DNA of 64,000 bases, taken from positions 62,001 through 126,000 of the forward strand of contig MU061544.1 of assembly GCA_013265495.1 (NCBI GenBank). Reading direction: 5' to 3'. The translations under genes and the position numbers were made by a program. This document shows positions 24,631-38,614 of the stretch, piece after piece. This DNA comes from Vicugna vicugna. Its lineage: Eukaryota. A model generated the notes under the pieces. That model made no database searches. It saw nothing but the letters and a program-made list of their open reading frames with translations, and had not been told where the DNA came from. The number at the start of each line of letters is the position of its first letter. Within the stretch, counting starts at the first letter, position 1.

Positions 24631-25569
24631 CTATATCATAAAAATATCTTCAATGTATTAATATTATAATAACCATAGTGGTCCATTGAAAGACTCCATC
24701 TTAACACAGATGTTGTGTTATTATATTTGAGCTGTTTATTAGCAATATACACAAAGGTGATTTTTAAAATTAAGTGGCAATCATTTGAGTATATAATCTC
24801 AATTCTCAGTACAGGTTGCCTGAAATAGTTATTCCTTACAGATATGAGTTTTGTAAAACATGTAGCGTGGAATCCTGAAATGTGTAATGCTAGAGGATTT
24901 ATCCTATCTAAGATGTGATTTAAAAGGAAAAAAAAAAGAATAACACTCCTTCTGCAGTTCTATGCTGCTGTGAAGGGTAAAATTTTACCCAAGTTTGTGT
25001 GTATACTGCGGGAATCTCTGTGCATCACAGTTTAGGAATAGAAATGGTCAGATTTTACCTCAATCAAGGAAATTGTCATTAACCAAGACTGATACCTTAA
25101 TAATGCTATAGATGTAATTATAGTTTAATTTCAAGCAATATTAGAATCTCAAAAATCTAATTTGTATTTGTTTGCAAATCAAAACATGGTTTCAGCTTAT
25201 CAACATTTTAATATTAGACATCTGTTTTGAGATTAGCTACAGACAAATGTAATTGGAAGTAATATTGGTGGTATTTGAGTGTACGTCAGGATTTGATCCT
25301 ATGATGACTCAGATTAATGTAGATTCAGTGTGACAAATTACGAGCTTCATCTTTTTTTGGCTTATATACTCTTCATATACAGCCAGATGCATGATTTGAA
25401 ATCTCCCTGCCAGAAACAGTATTCAATATAGTATCAAAGAACAACTCAGTTATTATAAGTAGACAGAATACCTAATCTATAGCTATATACAAGACACAGG
25501 TATTTTAGCATAAAAATATACGTAATAGGTGTTATTTATTAAGTCACTGTATATCAGCCCTTTACACTG

Positions 25570-25780
25570 AAGGAATTTAGCATATTAATTATTGCATTTA
25601 ACCCTCACAGCAAAATAATGATGTAGACTACACTATTATCCCCAATTATACAGATGAGAAAATTAAAGCTTAGAAAACATTGCTATCTTTCCCAAAAGGT
25701 ATAGAGCTTGAAAACAGATGAGGCAATGCTAGGAAGTCTATTGTAGATTATGAGATGTAAACCGATGTGCTATACTGCCG
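25570..25780 (-). mobile_element. MIR
   Basis: catttaaccctcacagcaa..tattatccccaatt.tacagatgagaaaatt core. Confidence 0.75.
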
Positions 25781-25804
25781 TGTGTATGCATGTCTATAAA
25801 ACAC

Positions 25805-26198
25805 TATCTTGATCCTGACCTTGAGATGGGAGATTATCCTGGATTATTTTAGTGAGCTCAGTGTAATCACATGGATCCTTATAAGTAGAAGAAGAAAGCA
25901 GATTAGGGAGAACCAGTCAGATGGCAGTGTGGGATAGACTTGGCCCAGCGTTTCTGTCCTCAAAAGTGGAGTCAGAGGGTCGTGAGCCAAGGAATGAGGA
26001 TGGCTTCCAGAAGCTGCTAAGGGCAAGGAACTGGATTTTCCCTAGAATCTACAGAATGGAATGCAGCCCTGCTGATTTCAGCCCAATAAGTTATATTTTA
26101 AGATCTCTGAACTACTTAATGGTAAGATAGTAAATGTGTATTGCTTTAAGTTAATACGTTTGTGGGAATTGTTATAGCAGCAATAAGAAACTAATACA
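25805..26198 (+). mobile_element. MLT1C/D LTR
   Basis: gaccttgagatgggagattatcctggattat ... gttatagcagcaataagaaactaataca. Confidence 0.85.
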
Positions 26199-28438
26199 CT
26201 GTCTCAAAAGGGGAACAACCAAGAGCTAAAAAGCACTCAAGGACAAGCGTTCCAATTTCACTTCAGTGCTACCTTTTGAAGAACTGGGACAATTTCTACT
26301 AGTAATAATGTGTCTTGCTTTTTCACATAGTTTGCATAGTATTTACATATATAGGAGACTGTGCCAAAGCTGTAACTAAGAAAAAAGATGTACAAACAAA
26401 TGTTCTGCTTTTTGCTTACCATCTAGCAATTATGTGATGCTACTCAAGCAAATTGAGTAAGAAATTTTCTTCTAGAAATCTTCCAGGTTGACAAATATTT
26501 AACCTATTTTTATTACCTAATCTAGATTAGAATTGTATTAAACCATTCTGAATTGTAAGGAATAATTATGAATTTGGGGTGGGGGGGCGCTTAACCAGAA
26601 ATTTCCATAATGCTCCATAGCAAAATACCCCCATCTCAAGAGCTTATCACAAAACTTCCTCATTTTTCTACCTAAGTATTGGTGTATGCAGTTCGGTTTC
26701 AAGGTATAGGTCACCAGTGGTTCATCTGGACTCTGTTTCAGACTCCAAATGGAGTTCGGATCTTTTCTATGCATGTCATTCTTTGAAATTCATACAGTTC
26801 CTTCTGCCTACTTACCATTGTCCAAAACAAGTCATTTTTTCCATGCCCAAAATCAATGGACAGGAAAGGACACTCCTTCCTTGGAGACAGGAGCAGGGTA
26901 GGTAGTGAGTACTAGCTCAATGATGATATGATTTACAACCACCAACATTAATAAAAATGAGTCTTGGCTAAAAGGTGAGTTACTTTTATGCTTCCAACTA
27001 CTGTATTAACTATACCATCACCTAATTATTCAGTGGCAAATGTCTATTTTACCATAAAGAGCTCTAATATTACAGTGAATTAAGCCAAATCTTTATTTCC
27101 TGCGAATCTTATTCAAAATTATACTCAGGGACCTCAAAAAAGCACCCCACGTAGTTTATTAGCTTGGTGAAGAAATATTATAAATGAAAATGTAAATGGT
27201 TATTTAGTCTAGTCTTGGAGATGAAATATTAATTTTTAGGAAAAAGTTGCTTTTTAAAACAAAGTCCTGAGTATTTACTATAATGGCCAATTATAGTCTT
27301 TGAGAGAAGGAGGTCTTAATCATATCTTTGAACTGTAGGGAGTTTTGTTGGAATGCAACAAATAGTTTCTATTCTACCTAGGTACCAACAGATCTATTTT
27401 AAGAAGTTATATTTAGTGCTTTTGAATGTATGTTAGATTGGTCAGAAATGTTCTTTGTAGTCTAAATTTAGCCACTTGGCTAACTGTTTCATAATGTAGT
27501 CCAACTAATTGGAAAAAATAATAGTGTTACTCGCCAGTAATAAGGATTAAATACCCCTCTCTGGCATCTAGTCCAATAGCACCCTCATTATATAATAATC
27601 CTGTGTGTTTGTTTGAATTTTTATTACATCTTAGGTAGAGACCATGACAATAGCATTTCATTATTTGTCTTTCATCAAATAAAGTCAAAGCTAATTTCCA
27701 AAGAAAGTGTACCTATTTTAAGTTCACCTGTTATACCGTTTTAAAACATGGTAGTTACTTAATCAATAGAATATTACATATTATGTAATAGGGCATATGC
27801 TCTCTCAAGTTAAGTTTCAGCTTAAAATCTACTTCATCTGCCTGTTCCACTCTTCATCCATGAAGAAGGACAATTAAGTCAAGAAAATATATCATGTCCA
27901 CTACAGAAATGTTTAAGGAATTTCTCCAATTATCTTCACATTACACAGCTTGTCTTACTTATTGCATTTTTCGTGGATACCCCTCTCTTACAAGTCCTGA
28001 CCACACAGCCTGTCCCTAGACTTTGAGCTCCAGTGCCCTTCTTTGGTTGGTCTCACACATAATGTACTAAGTCCCTTTGTCTCTCTGTCATATTTGGTCC
28101 CTGCATCCACCTCCCTGGTTGATCCAAACTTTCCATCTCACTGTTAAGGGTAACAGGACCAAAGAGCATGAAAGTTCCAATTAATTTGTACCAGATGCAC
28201 ATGCATTATTTTAACTGATTCCGTTTACCACAGACATTTCTACATTTTTCTAGAATTAGAAGTGAACCATCGCTCAACAATTCTCTCCTCCCTTTTTTGT
28301 AATACTATTTTATCCTGTTTATTTATTTTAAAGTATCCTGTTGAACAATGATTTTTAGTGGATCCTCTTCCTTAATGTACCCCCCCCAAGAATTAGTGCA
28401 GCCTAGTTTTCCTGTATTGGTTCTCTATCAATGTCTTC

Positions 28439-28840
28439 CTAGAGGAAGAAGAACAAAAACCCCAAATTAGTAGAACGAAAGAAATCATAAAGATTAGACC
28501 TGAAATAAGCGAAATAGAGACTAAAAAATCAATAGAAAACATTAATGAAACTAAAAGCTGGTTCTTTGAAAAGAAAAACAAAATTGATAAACCTTTAGTC
28601 AGACTCATCAAGGAAAAAAGGGAGAGGGCACAAATTAATAAAGTAAGAAATGAAAAAGTTAGAACTGATACCACAGAAATGCAAGGGATCATAAGAGTCT
28701 ACTATGAGCAACTATATGCCAACAAAAAGGACAATCTAGAAGAAATGGACAATTTCTTAGAAAGGTACAATATGCCAAGACTGAAACAGAAAGAAATTGG
28801 AAATATGAATAGACCAGTTACCAGTACTGAAATTGAATCA
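28439..28840 (+). mobile_element. Isolated internal L1 ORF2 fragment
   Basis: ORF 28679..28963 begins QGIIRVYYEQLYANKKDNLEEMDNFLERYNMPRL, the endonuclease-RT linker. No 3'UTR or tail. Confidence 0.92.
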
Positions 28841-28844
28841 TATA

Positions 28845-29640
28845 TCAATTTTAACGCGACTTCCAGAGAGCAGCCTTCACTGACTCTGACCTGTAGCTCC
28901 CACCTGGTACTTTTGTTCTTCGAGATCCCTGTCTGTACTTGTCACAAATGTCATGTTTTATAATAATGAATACGTTACTTTCCAATTGTTTCTCCTTATC
29001 GACTTATCTGTAAAATCAAAGACTCTCCCATTCATTCCTACTTGGAAAATCAGCCTCTGTAACAGTGCCTGGCTCTCAATAAATACTTATTGAAGGTAAA
29101 AATAAATAGCTGAGTAGAAAACAACAAAAGAGTAAATGGCAATATTGTTATTTTCCTTCTGACCTTGATTTTTTTCATTGGTTACCTTTAGGTTTCAAAA
29201 TGAAAACAAAACCTTAGCTCTTGGCCCTACTTCCTTCTTCAGTTTCCTCTTCCAACATACTCTCACAAACTCTTTCTGCTCGCATCCTAACAAACTATTT
29301 ACACCATCAATCACTTGGTTTATCACACCTGGTTTCCTTCACCCTTACTATTTTTCTGAGTCTGGAATGACTGTCTTCCCTTTTCTTAGCCAAGTTATGA
29401 TTGTCTTTCAAGACTCAGTTTCAAGTACCCTCTCCTCAAGGTAGTGTTATGAATTTCTGATTTATCCCTCGACTTTGTTAATAACATCTTTTTTAACTTG
29501 GTGCCAATTTTAGCCCTCATCACAAATGCATTGTATCATTTACTCATCTTGTGTTTCCATTAGACTATGAGTTCTGTAAAGACAAGGGGCACCCTTTAGC
29601 TGTAAGTGAGCCTCTATTTATGGCATGATGTGTGGTAAAA
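28845..29640 (+). mobile_element. L2 3' fragments
   Basis: acagtgcctggc..tcaataaatac and ccattagactatgagttc motifs. Confidence 0.55.
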
Positions 29641-30394
29641 AATTGGTACTTCTTATGTAATATTATCATCAATCCCATATATCTTCTAGGTATTATGTTA
29701 GGTGCTTAGGGACTTAGAGCTAACCAAAGACTGGTCATCTATTCCCTTTCTACCTGGACATGAGGAGATGGGTGATGACCAGCCTGTTTCATAAACATGC
29801 TTATTATGATCTATTTTGCTTACTGTAAATAAACAACAAGCATGGTTGGCTGGCGACTAGAGGTAAAGTGAGCATCTTCCCCTTTGTGAAGTGAACAGTG
29901 TGTGAGATGGAAGAGTCTCAAAACTCTCAAAATTTCATCTCTTAACCCAAAAGCAAAATTTATAACTCACTAGAAAATGCACATCTGACTCCTTGGGCTC
30001 CTCCAAAGTAAGAAAATTCCATCTCTTCTTGATGCTTACCTGTATCCTTTGAATTATTAGTACAGTTTGTGCTGGGTGAGATCTATTGTTAGTGTGAGGC
30101 TGATTTAATAATTAAACCTTTTGTAGTAATTCAAATACTACACTTGAGAAAGAAAGCTGTAGATGGAAGTGTTACTATGTCATATGAAACAAAGTGCCTA
30201 CTTTGAGGGCCTAATTGTATAATCAGATAAATGAGGAGTGAGATTGGAGGGCCTTCCGAGCATGTAGGTGGCAGATAGAATGTGAAAGATAGTTTATGTT
30301 CACTGAAGGGAGAAAATAGCTCCTAAACCTTGAGTATGATTATTATTAGATTCTAAGACCTTTTTCCTCTGCTTGAATCAATGGCCTACATACG

Positions 30395-30870
30395 AGTTTT
30401 GTTAGCTGTGACACTTCAATTTGCAAATGACAAAGACCTAATTCAAACAATTTTAAGCAATAAAGAAAATAAATAGCTTATGTAACTAGAAAGTCTAATT
30501 GCAACTGCAGTAGTTTAAGTTTCTTTCCATTACTGCTTTCAGTCCTCCATCCTAACAGAGGCAGTCTAATTCTAAGGCTTCTGCAAATGCAAACACAAGA
30601 ACCATAAGCTGCTCTAGGCTTCTCTCATTCCTGTTTGCAATACAAGTTCCATCCAAAGTGACAGAGGGCTCTGACTAGGTAGCTCTGAGTCTTCACTTTA
30701 TTTCCAAATGAAGCATTTTGCTTAGAGGTTGCAATGTTCTGAATGACCAGGACTAGATGATGTGATCTCTCCTGGCTCTTGGGGGTCAGCTGGGCAACTA
30801 AACAGTCATCGAGACTGAGGATAGGGGATTCCCACCCACTAGCACCACCAAAATTCTGAACAGATGGAAG
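30395..30870 (-). mobile_element. Old MLT1 LTR
   Basis: ttgcaaatgacaaagacctaattcaaac..ttaagcaataaag..tgtaactagaaagtc. Confidence 0.6.
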
Positions 30871-31139
30871 TCTCATTCAGCTCATCGGCCCAGTCCAGAT
30901 GTCTCTATGCTTTTTATAAGTTGTCTTATAAAAGACACATTTCAGAAACAAAGAGGGGATGCCTAGTATAAACACGTATAATGAGTACAGACCAATAGTT
31001 TTTTTCTCATCCCCTTTAACTTTTATTCTTTAAAAGGTACCAAATTGGGGGAACTGAGTACTTTTCTATCTCCCTTCCCTCCTCTTCTCTTTCCTTCCCC
31101 TCCTTTCAAGTAGTATCTTGTGTGAGGAAATTCAATATG

Positions 31140-31760
31140 AATTTTCCAAGACACTTATGCCATACCTATATGAAAAAAACAAGAGATGAGGAAAAAATGA
31201 GGTCAAGATAAATCACGAGGGGGAAATAACATAAAGGCCAAAATTGAGTTTAGTTGTTTTTTTTTTAAATCAATACCTTGATATCCTAAACGTTTCCTAG
31301 CAAAAAATAATACATTCTGGATTCTAAGCATTCCATTAGACTAGTCAAAGAGGCAAACTAACAATGACATGATTCAGAATGTATGTAAGAGGGAGTCCAA
31401 CAGTTCCCTCTGAAGAAACACAGCTATTTCTAACTCTGAGACCAGAGATATATTTCTTTCAAGAGTCCTTATAGAAAGAATCTCATATAATGTAATGTAC
31501 AATATTGCACATTCCTCTAGTAAATACAGCTGTTAGATCCACAGAAATATTTGTGTTCAACATTTCTACAATAAATGCAGCTATTGGGTTTAAAGAAGTA
31601 CTTCTTACAAGTCCGCCAATAGAAGTTAATGTCATTAAATGCAATTTCAATTCTATAAAATCTGTCTATAAAGGGGGTCAATATAACGTTGGGTCAAAAT
31701 CGTAACAAAACTTACAAAGACTGCGTTTTCTCCTAATGTCTTTAGTGAGCTATTGTAAAT
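31140..31760 (-). mobile_element. Ancient L4/RTE-X-like LINE 3' fragment
   Basis: Minus-strand NIVHYII*DSFYKDS*KKYI resembles the C-terminal zinc-knuckle region of this LINE type. Confidence 0.5.
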
Positions 31761-33699
31761 TTGTAACCATGGTAGTAATATCAGATTTGATGTGTGAAAA
31801 ATTATTCCATTAACTTTTATAAAATGGACTGGAGTTTGACATTGAAGTCATAATTGTATTAATCCAGTAAGAAACGGAAAGGGAGAACCTCTTGTCCAAG
31901 AGTTGACTCTATTCCCTCTACAATACTAATCTACTTCTAACTCCAGCTGCTTCTTCATGCCTTGCTCTGTATGAGCTCACTTACAACCCACGTTCGAATT
32001 CTATTTTCTCTCAAAAGTTAGGTCCTACTCCTCTGTGACCCCTTCCCACCTTATAACACGTACTTATCTTACATAGGTATGTTTGGGTTTCTCTCTCTTT
32101 CTTCCCACAGAGATTCTGTCTGTAATCTCTGTATATTAGCCCAGGGATGTGATTCAGTTATCGATAAATGGATAAATATCCAAATGCATAATAAGGGTAC
32201 AACATGTTAACCAGGTAGAGACCTATCAAGCCTATCAGCTTTATGTACTAATGAATTTATTAAAAAGCAGCAAATCCTTTAAATGTTGTTTGTGGCTATC
32301 CAATGTGGATAAATACAGCTATTTAAGGAATAGCTGTAGTCAACTATACATTCTCTTCTTGTTTCTTTTAAACAAAATCTTGTTGAAAACATCATAGATT
32401 CAAAAAATTACTAGAAGGACAAAAATAACTCCACTGCACTTCACAGAGACCTGGTCATTAACTAATGGGGGGAGGGGCAGGAGCAGAGGCGGCGGGGCGG
32501 CAGAGAGAGAGAAAGTGTAAGTAGCACAGTTTACTGCGAACTTATTTTTCTTGAGTTTCCATTTGTTAGGTCCTGCTCTTCTGGGACCCTTCTTTAGGTG
32601 TTGGCAGTGGCATTTAAAATGGACATATAATGTACATTGTGACGTTATGTGGAAATGGATGTATAATATTCCGTGTAAATGACACGCCTGGGTCAGCTCA
32701 TTTGTACCTGCTCAAGTGCCCATGGTTCATCATTTACACAGACTATTGATTGTAACAGTGAATGGAAGTGTCCTACACTCTGGAAGTGAAAAATGACTTC
32801 AAGCTAGACAGCCATCTACATCTTAGAGACCACACTGATTAATCTCTGTCAACTTGTATAGATTTCACCTTAAATTCTGCTGGTTCTCCAAGGCTATTTG
32901 GTACTAGGTCTCAGACTGACAGAGCAGAGTGTGGGGAGAATGACATTGTCTTAAATTATGGTGACTCAGTTTGGATCTGAAAGATCATGTCAGAATATGA
33001 GAAAAGGTGGATAAAAAATAAATTCTCATCCACATCTCCCTTTATTTATTTTATTACAATTTTATTTTATTACAATCACTGTAGTAGCTCTCAAGATGTT
33101 CTAATATTTGAGAATTGTATGAAACGGTATTTAAACACTGCTACTGATACTGTCATCTATAAATTAGGAGATGAATGATAAGGACTTTATACAAAAGGTT
33201 ATTAGTCATCTCTGTAAAAATAGATCTGATTTTACATGTTACATGAAAAAGTTACTTTTTTGTTTAGTTACTGCTATCTTCTAGATTTTAGAAAATGGGG
33301 ATTTGGTTCTAGTTATTCCTTTTTGTTCTCTTCTGTAAACAGAACCAAATGCTGAAAAACCTTGTTGGAGCAATTGTTTACAGAATATTAGATCCATAAA
33401 CATTGCTAGGAAAAAGTCTTGTCCCTTTCTGTGGGTTAAATCCTCCCTAGGTTGAATTCTAGGAGCAGATACAATGACTTTCCATCCAGGGCCAAGCTCT
33501 TGTTAGGTGCTTTAGTTTTCACCAGAGATTATTTCAAGCCTAGTGCCGTCCCTAAACATAGTTGGAGATATTTTATGTACAAACAAGTGGACAGAGGAAA
33601 GATGAGCCAATCGGGGGGAGGGGAGGGAGTCAGAGCCAAAAAAAAAAAAAAAAAGAGTTCAGAAACCAACAATAAAAATAACTTCATTATTACATTATA

Positions 33700-33940
33700 T
33701 ACCACTGATTGCTACTACTGATTCCAGGTACTTTACTAGTTATTTTACACATGTTATCTCATTTAGTCCTCAAAATACCTACATGAAGGAGGTACTATAA
33801 CTATTCTATAATTTTGGAAACTAGTTGCTTCGAGTAATAAAGCTGGTAAAGGAGTAATAAAGGGGGAGAGACACCATTCAACCTGACTCCATAGCATGTG
33901 GCCATCAAGTTGTCTTCCTTCTGCCATATTATGTGTGGCT
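33700..33940 (-). mobile_element. MIR remnants
   Basis: ccaggtacttt..acatgttatctcatttagtcctca core. Confidence 0.6.
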
Positions 33941-33971
33941 GTACCAAGAGTTTCCTGAGCTGATAAGAAAA

Positions 33972-33973
<2 letters not shown>

Positions 33974-34008
<35 letters not shown>

Positions 34009-34038
34009 GCGTGCACGCGCACACACATGTACATGTGC
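33974..34038. repeat. (GT)n microsatellite within an alternating purine-pyrimidine tract
   Basis: Seen directly in the sequence. Confidence 0.95.
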
Positions 34039-35887
34039 CTGACAATAAAGAAAGTCTGAAAGAAGAGCTAGGGGTCACAGTTCACGCTTTACACTAAATC
34101 ACACACTCTCCAGCTGGAGGATGGTCCCCTTCCAGTCCTGCAAGTCACGAATGTGCAATTTTTTCCAGCCCATGATCTCCCTGTCTTTGTATGTCTTCTC
34201 AACTAGCATGCATAATTCACTTGACATAATTTCTTCTTTGAAATTATTCATGTGCCCTCAACTCAGGATTAAAGTGGAATGTTCGACAACCAGGCACTTT
34301 TTTTTTTTTAAGTACTCTTTTAACTCAACAGAAAATACCAAAAAGCAATGTGGTAACATTTGCCGATCTTTCTTATTCCCTTTGTTGCAATCATCTCTGA
34401 AAACAGTAACAATAACCACAGCAATGGCAACACCACCACCCATCAAACTACAGTAACGGATTCCAAGTGCTGTATTCCAGGCCCCATTCTAGGCTCAGAA
34501 CCCCCAAGGAAGGGCATTTTTCCATCCTAATGTTCTTGCTCAGTATGAAGGTGGCCAGTAACGGGTATGATGTAACAACTACCCTTTGACCAGTTCAGGG
34601 CTTCATTTTTCTACATCTCCCACGTCTATTTTGTTCGTTTTGCTTTGATTTCTTCTCATAGAAAGAGAAGAGATGCCATCTGAGTGGCATTAGAAATTCT
34701 TCACGTGAATAAAATTACACCTTCAGTTCTCTTGTCTTGTAGTAAAATGCTTTGCAAGATGTTTTGAGCATGAAAAAATGAAAATACTTACACAGGACTC
34801 AGAAAAGCACCAGGCCCAGGGTAAGCATCTGATACCTGTTTGTGGTGGTTGTTGCTGTTGCTGGACCCAAAACCAACTGAATAATCGAAGACAGTATCGG
34901 ACAAAAATCAGAGCTTTTCATGGCCATCTTCGTTTTACAGTTCATAATGTGATGAAAAGAGTTCACACCATTCTACTAATTTAGGTGAGTTATACAGTGT
35001 TCAAGACTTTAAATTTTATTTACATTCTCTCAACACTGCTTAAAAGAAAACACTTGCCACTTGGAACCCTTTGAGCCATGACCTCCTTCTGGCCCCACTA
35101 ACCCACCATACAGAAATGTCCACGTGACAACCAGGTTAAAGGTTCTCTTAGTTTTCAGTCTCAATTAGGGACTCATGGCACTTGGAGGTGAAGAATGTAA
35201 CCTTTACACTGCCGAATCTTTGGAGTCCTGTGCAATCTCCACACACGCATAAACTATTAATGGACTCTAGCGCTTTGAGTTCCCTTACAGCACAAGGGTT
35301 ACATACAAATGTAGTTTCAAAACATTTAAAATACTATAGCCAAAAAATTATATTCATAGGCATGGGAGACAATATTTTCACAAAAACACACAGTGTCTTT
35401 TATCTTTTTTACATTCCTATGCTTACAACCTCGCCTTATTCAGTCAGAGGCATTCATTTGATGTAGGAAAGATTAGAACTGTTGGGGCAGGAATACAAAG
35501 AGAAACAAGGATCAATAGTCAGCTTTTGGAATCCAAAATTGGCTTTCTTTGAGTTAAAAGCATGATAAGAATCTTAAAAGCCATGTATTATCAAGAAAGA
35601 AAAGGATCTTTACAGCCTTTTAGGTTCCATTAACATATTTTGAAATGGACTTGGGAAACTAGACTGCAGAGAAATCTCTTATTTTGGAGAAGATAACTCT
35701 TTTCTCTGAGCTGTGAATTTTAGTTTCTATGGGGAAGAAGAAAGATACAACATAGGGAAATTTATAATATCAGAGAAGTGGTAAGTCTGCCCTTGTTTGT
35801 CAGTGGTTTGTGAGAAATGGAAGAGAAAGGTAGTGGGAAAGGATGTCTTCAATCTACTCACAACTGGGCTGAAACCAGGGAAAGGAG

Positions 35888-36407
35888 TGTTAGAGCAGGC
35901 AGAGAGGTAGTTATGAGCAGAGAAAGGGGTACACGGACCAAACGCCAGGAAACCGTACATCTTGTGAATGACGGGGGTCCTTGAGCAGACCGAGAAAAGC
36001 AGGAACCTCCAGACTGATAAGAAACCATACATTTTGGGTTAACAAGTGTCCTGGAGGCAGACAAAGAAAGGTGGGAAAAGATAGGAATCTCCAGTACTTG
36101 AAGGTAACCTTTTGCTCATTATGCCCTCATCCGAATTCCCCATCAAGACTAAGGACAAAAAAATCCCTCCTCTCCCCGGGAAGGTGGAGCTGGGATAAAA
36201 TCCAGGAAATATGGCCCAAACCCCTCCTCCATTGAATATTCCGCTCATTCACTTTCACACTCTATGTAACGAGTTTGCCAAAGAAACTCAGGGCAGCTAC
36301 TCCCTTGAGGCTGCCTACCACTCTCCCCTTGAGAGCGTACCGTGCTGAGAACAAATGACTGCTATCATAGATTCTGAACGTCAGATCTGAGAACTCTTTA
36401 TTAAACA
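35888..36407 (+). mobile_element. Probable ERV1-type solo LTR
   Basis: TG...CA candidate termini, GC-richer than flanks, and two imperfect tandem units (a.gaaacc.tacat.ttg...ggaa.ctccag). No TSD found, so boundaries are uncertain. Confidence 0.55.
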
Positions 36408-36724
36408 TGATCACCAGTCAACAAACTAGAAGAGATCAGCCACTGCGCATCTGAGACCAGAAAGAATCCAGAGGACAATAATTGAAACTGAATCCCTACT
36501 ACCTGCTGCTGCCAGGGAACAAATCATCCACATTCCCTTACACCTTGCGAATGCAAGGTTTCCTTTGTTCCCATGAGAGTACATAAAGCCCAACCAAACC
36601 CCTAGGCTCCTATCGCAAAGAATGAAGGAAATGGGAAATTAGAAGACGGAAACTTTACTCAAATTAGATTAGGGCTGAAAAAGTTACAATTTTTTATTGC
36701 CAATTTAAAATTTTCTCTTGAGTG

Positions 36725-37131
36725 TATGTGTATGTGGCTTTCACTGAGCTAAAATCAAGGAATTGGCAGGGCTCTACTCCTCCGGAGGCTCTAGGAGAGA
36801 AGCCATATCTTTACCATTTCCATCTTCTAGAAGTCACTCTTGTTCTGGGCTCATGGCTCCCTTCCTCCATCTTCAAAGTCGGTAGCATAGCATCTCTCTG
36901 GCCCCTTTTCCATTGTCACTTCTCTTTCTCTGCCTCTCTTCCGTCTCCATCTTGCACTTCTAAGGAGCCTTCTGATTACATCGGGCACATCTCTCTGTAT
37001 TTTAAGGTCACTTAACAAATTCCATCTGCCAACTTAATGCCTCTGTGCCATATAACTACATATATGCACAGGTCTAGGGGATTGGGTCACAGACATCTTT
37101 TGGTGGGGAGGGTCATTATTCTAGATACTAC
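36725..37131 (-). mobile_element. MLT1B/C-like LTR
   Basis: aaaatcaagg..tggcagggct..ggaggctctagg.gagaa..cttcctccatcttcaaag. Confidence 0.8.
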
Positions 37132-38614
37132 ATCCTGTTTTGCTAACAAGTGTCACCCTGGTCAATATTAGAAAGGTGAGCAAGAGGCAACTGAATGAAT
37201 TTTAGTCAACAATCTGATTTTCCTCACCTTATGAATGAGCCATTTACATAGTAGGGAGGTATGTGACCTATGTAGAAACCCACATGGGGCATTTAAAACC
37301 TTCTTTGGGATTTTCGTATTAGAGACTCATCACAGAGCTATTAGAATGTAACCTAGGGAGACACTGTCCTAATAAATATCTTCTGTTCTTTAATCTAGTT
37401 CAAATTGGGTTTCCTTCCTTGTCACCAAGTAGCCTTCTGCATCATTTGCCTGAAAACGATTGTACAGGATTTTGATATAGGGGAGGAAAAACATTTTTCA
37501 GCCTCAGTATCAACCTCATTGCGAAGTATTATGGCCAATGATTGTCTAATTTACTTTATTTTCTGAGAAAATAATGTGTGAAAATCTCAAGAAAGGATTC
37601 ATAATCTTATTTCTTAACTGGATCCCCATCAGCAGCTAAAAGGCTGTAGCACTAGAGGGTAATTAAGTCAACTTAATATGCACTGACTAATGGTTTTATA
37701 ATTTTCAAAGTACCCATATTGTTTCAAATCTTGTTGGGATTTTGTACCACATTGCTATGACTTCTTTCTGTAAAAAAAAAGAATATGCTCAGAACTAATG
37801 GGTGACCTTCTAATTTTTTTTTCTGCCAAAGTGAAACCATGGCAACTTATGGATGGAGCATTTCATTTTTTTCTTTCCTGTGTTAAAGGGATCTCAATCT
37901 TCTTAGACTAACCTTTCAGATAAAAATTGCTTTACTACAGATATATAACAAGAGCCTATTTTCCTAAAACCTGAAATAGCCCCAAATATATAACCTTGCA
38001 TACTCAGTATCATCTCAAGCAGTTAAATATGTATAAGAGAGTGATTTTTTCAATTCATTTCTTTCAACAGTCTTAAGATTCAGAAAACAAAATTGCCATT
38101 TCATTCAGATGGAATGTTTTCTTTCTTTGGTTAATGGTGAGAAGTAAAAACAGGACTAAGTGACTAAACTCTCTAGCACGGGTCATGGTCCAGTTTAACT
38201 ACAATCTCCACCTGCGGATATCTGGTGCGATTACACGGAAGCACACAGCAACTTCTCAGTTGTGCTAAAGCAGAGAAGGCATTGTACTTAGTTTAGGTAT
38301 AAAACCAATCAATGGGAACTACTTCTCAGAATACTATTTGTAATAAAATAATACTAATCAAAAAGCAGCAACATGTTGTTATAGACAGCATATAGAGTTT
38401 TCTGGCTGAGAATCAAGACATGTGGGATCTGGATATACTGTGGTTGTATGCCAGACACTGGACCAGACACCAGAGCCCCAGCAAGATCCCCCAGCATTGT
38501 ATTGGTAATAACGTACTCAAAACTCATGGAGTCTAAAATGTGAAAGATAAAAAGTGATGGTGGCTATGAGGGATGATATTTGGGTACAATGAGAGAATAA
38601 AAAAAGGTAGAGAG

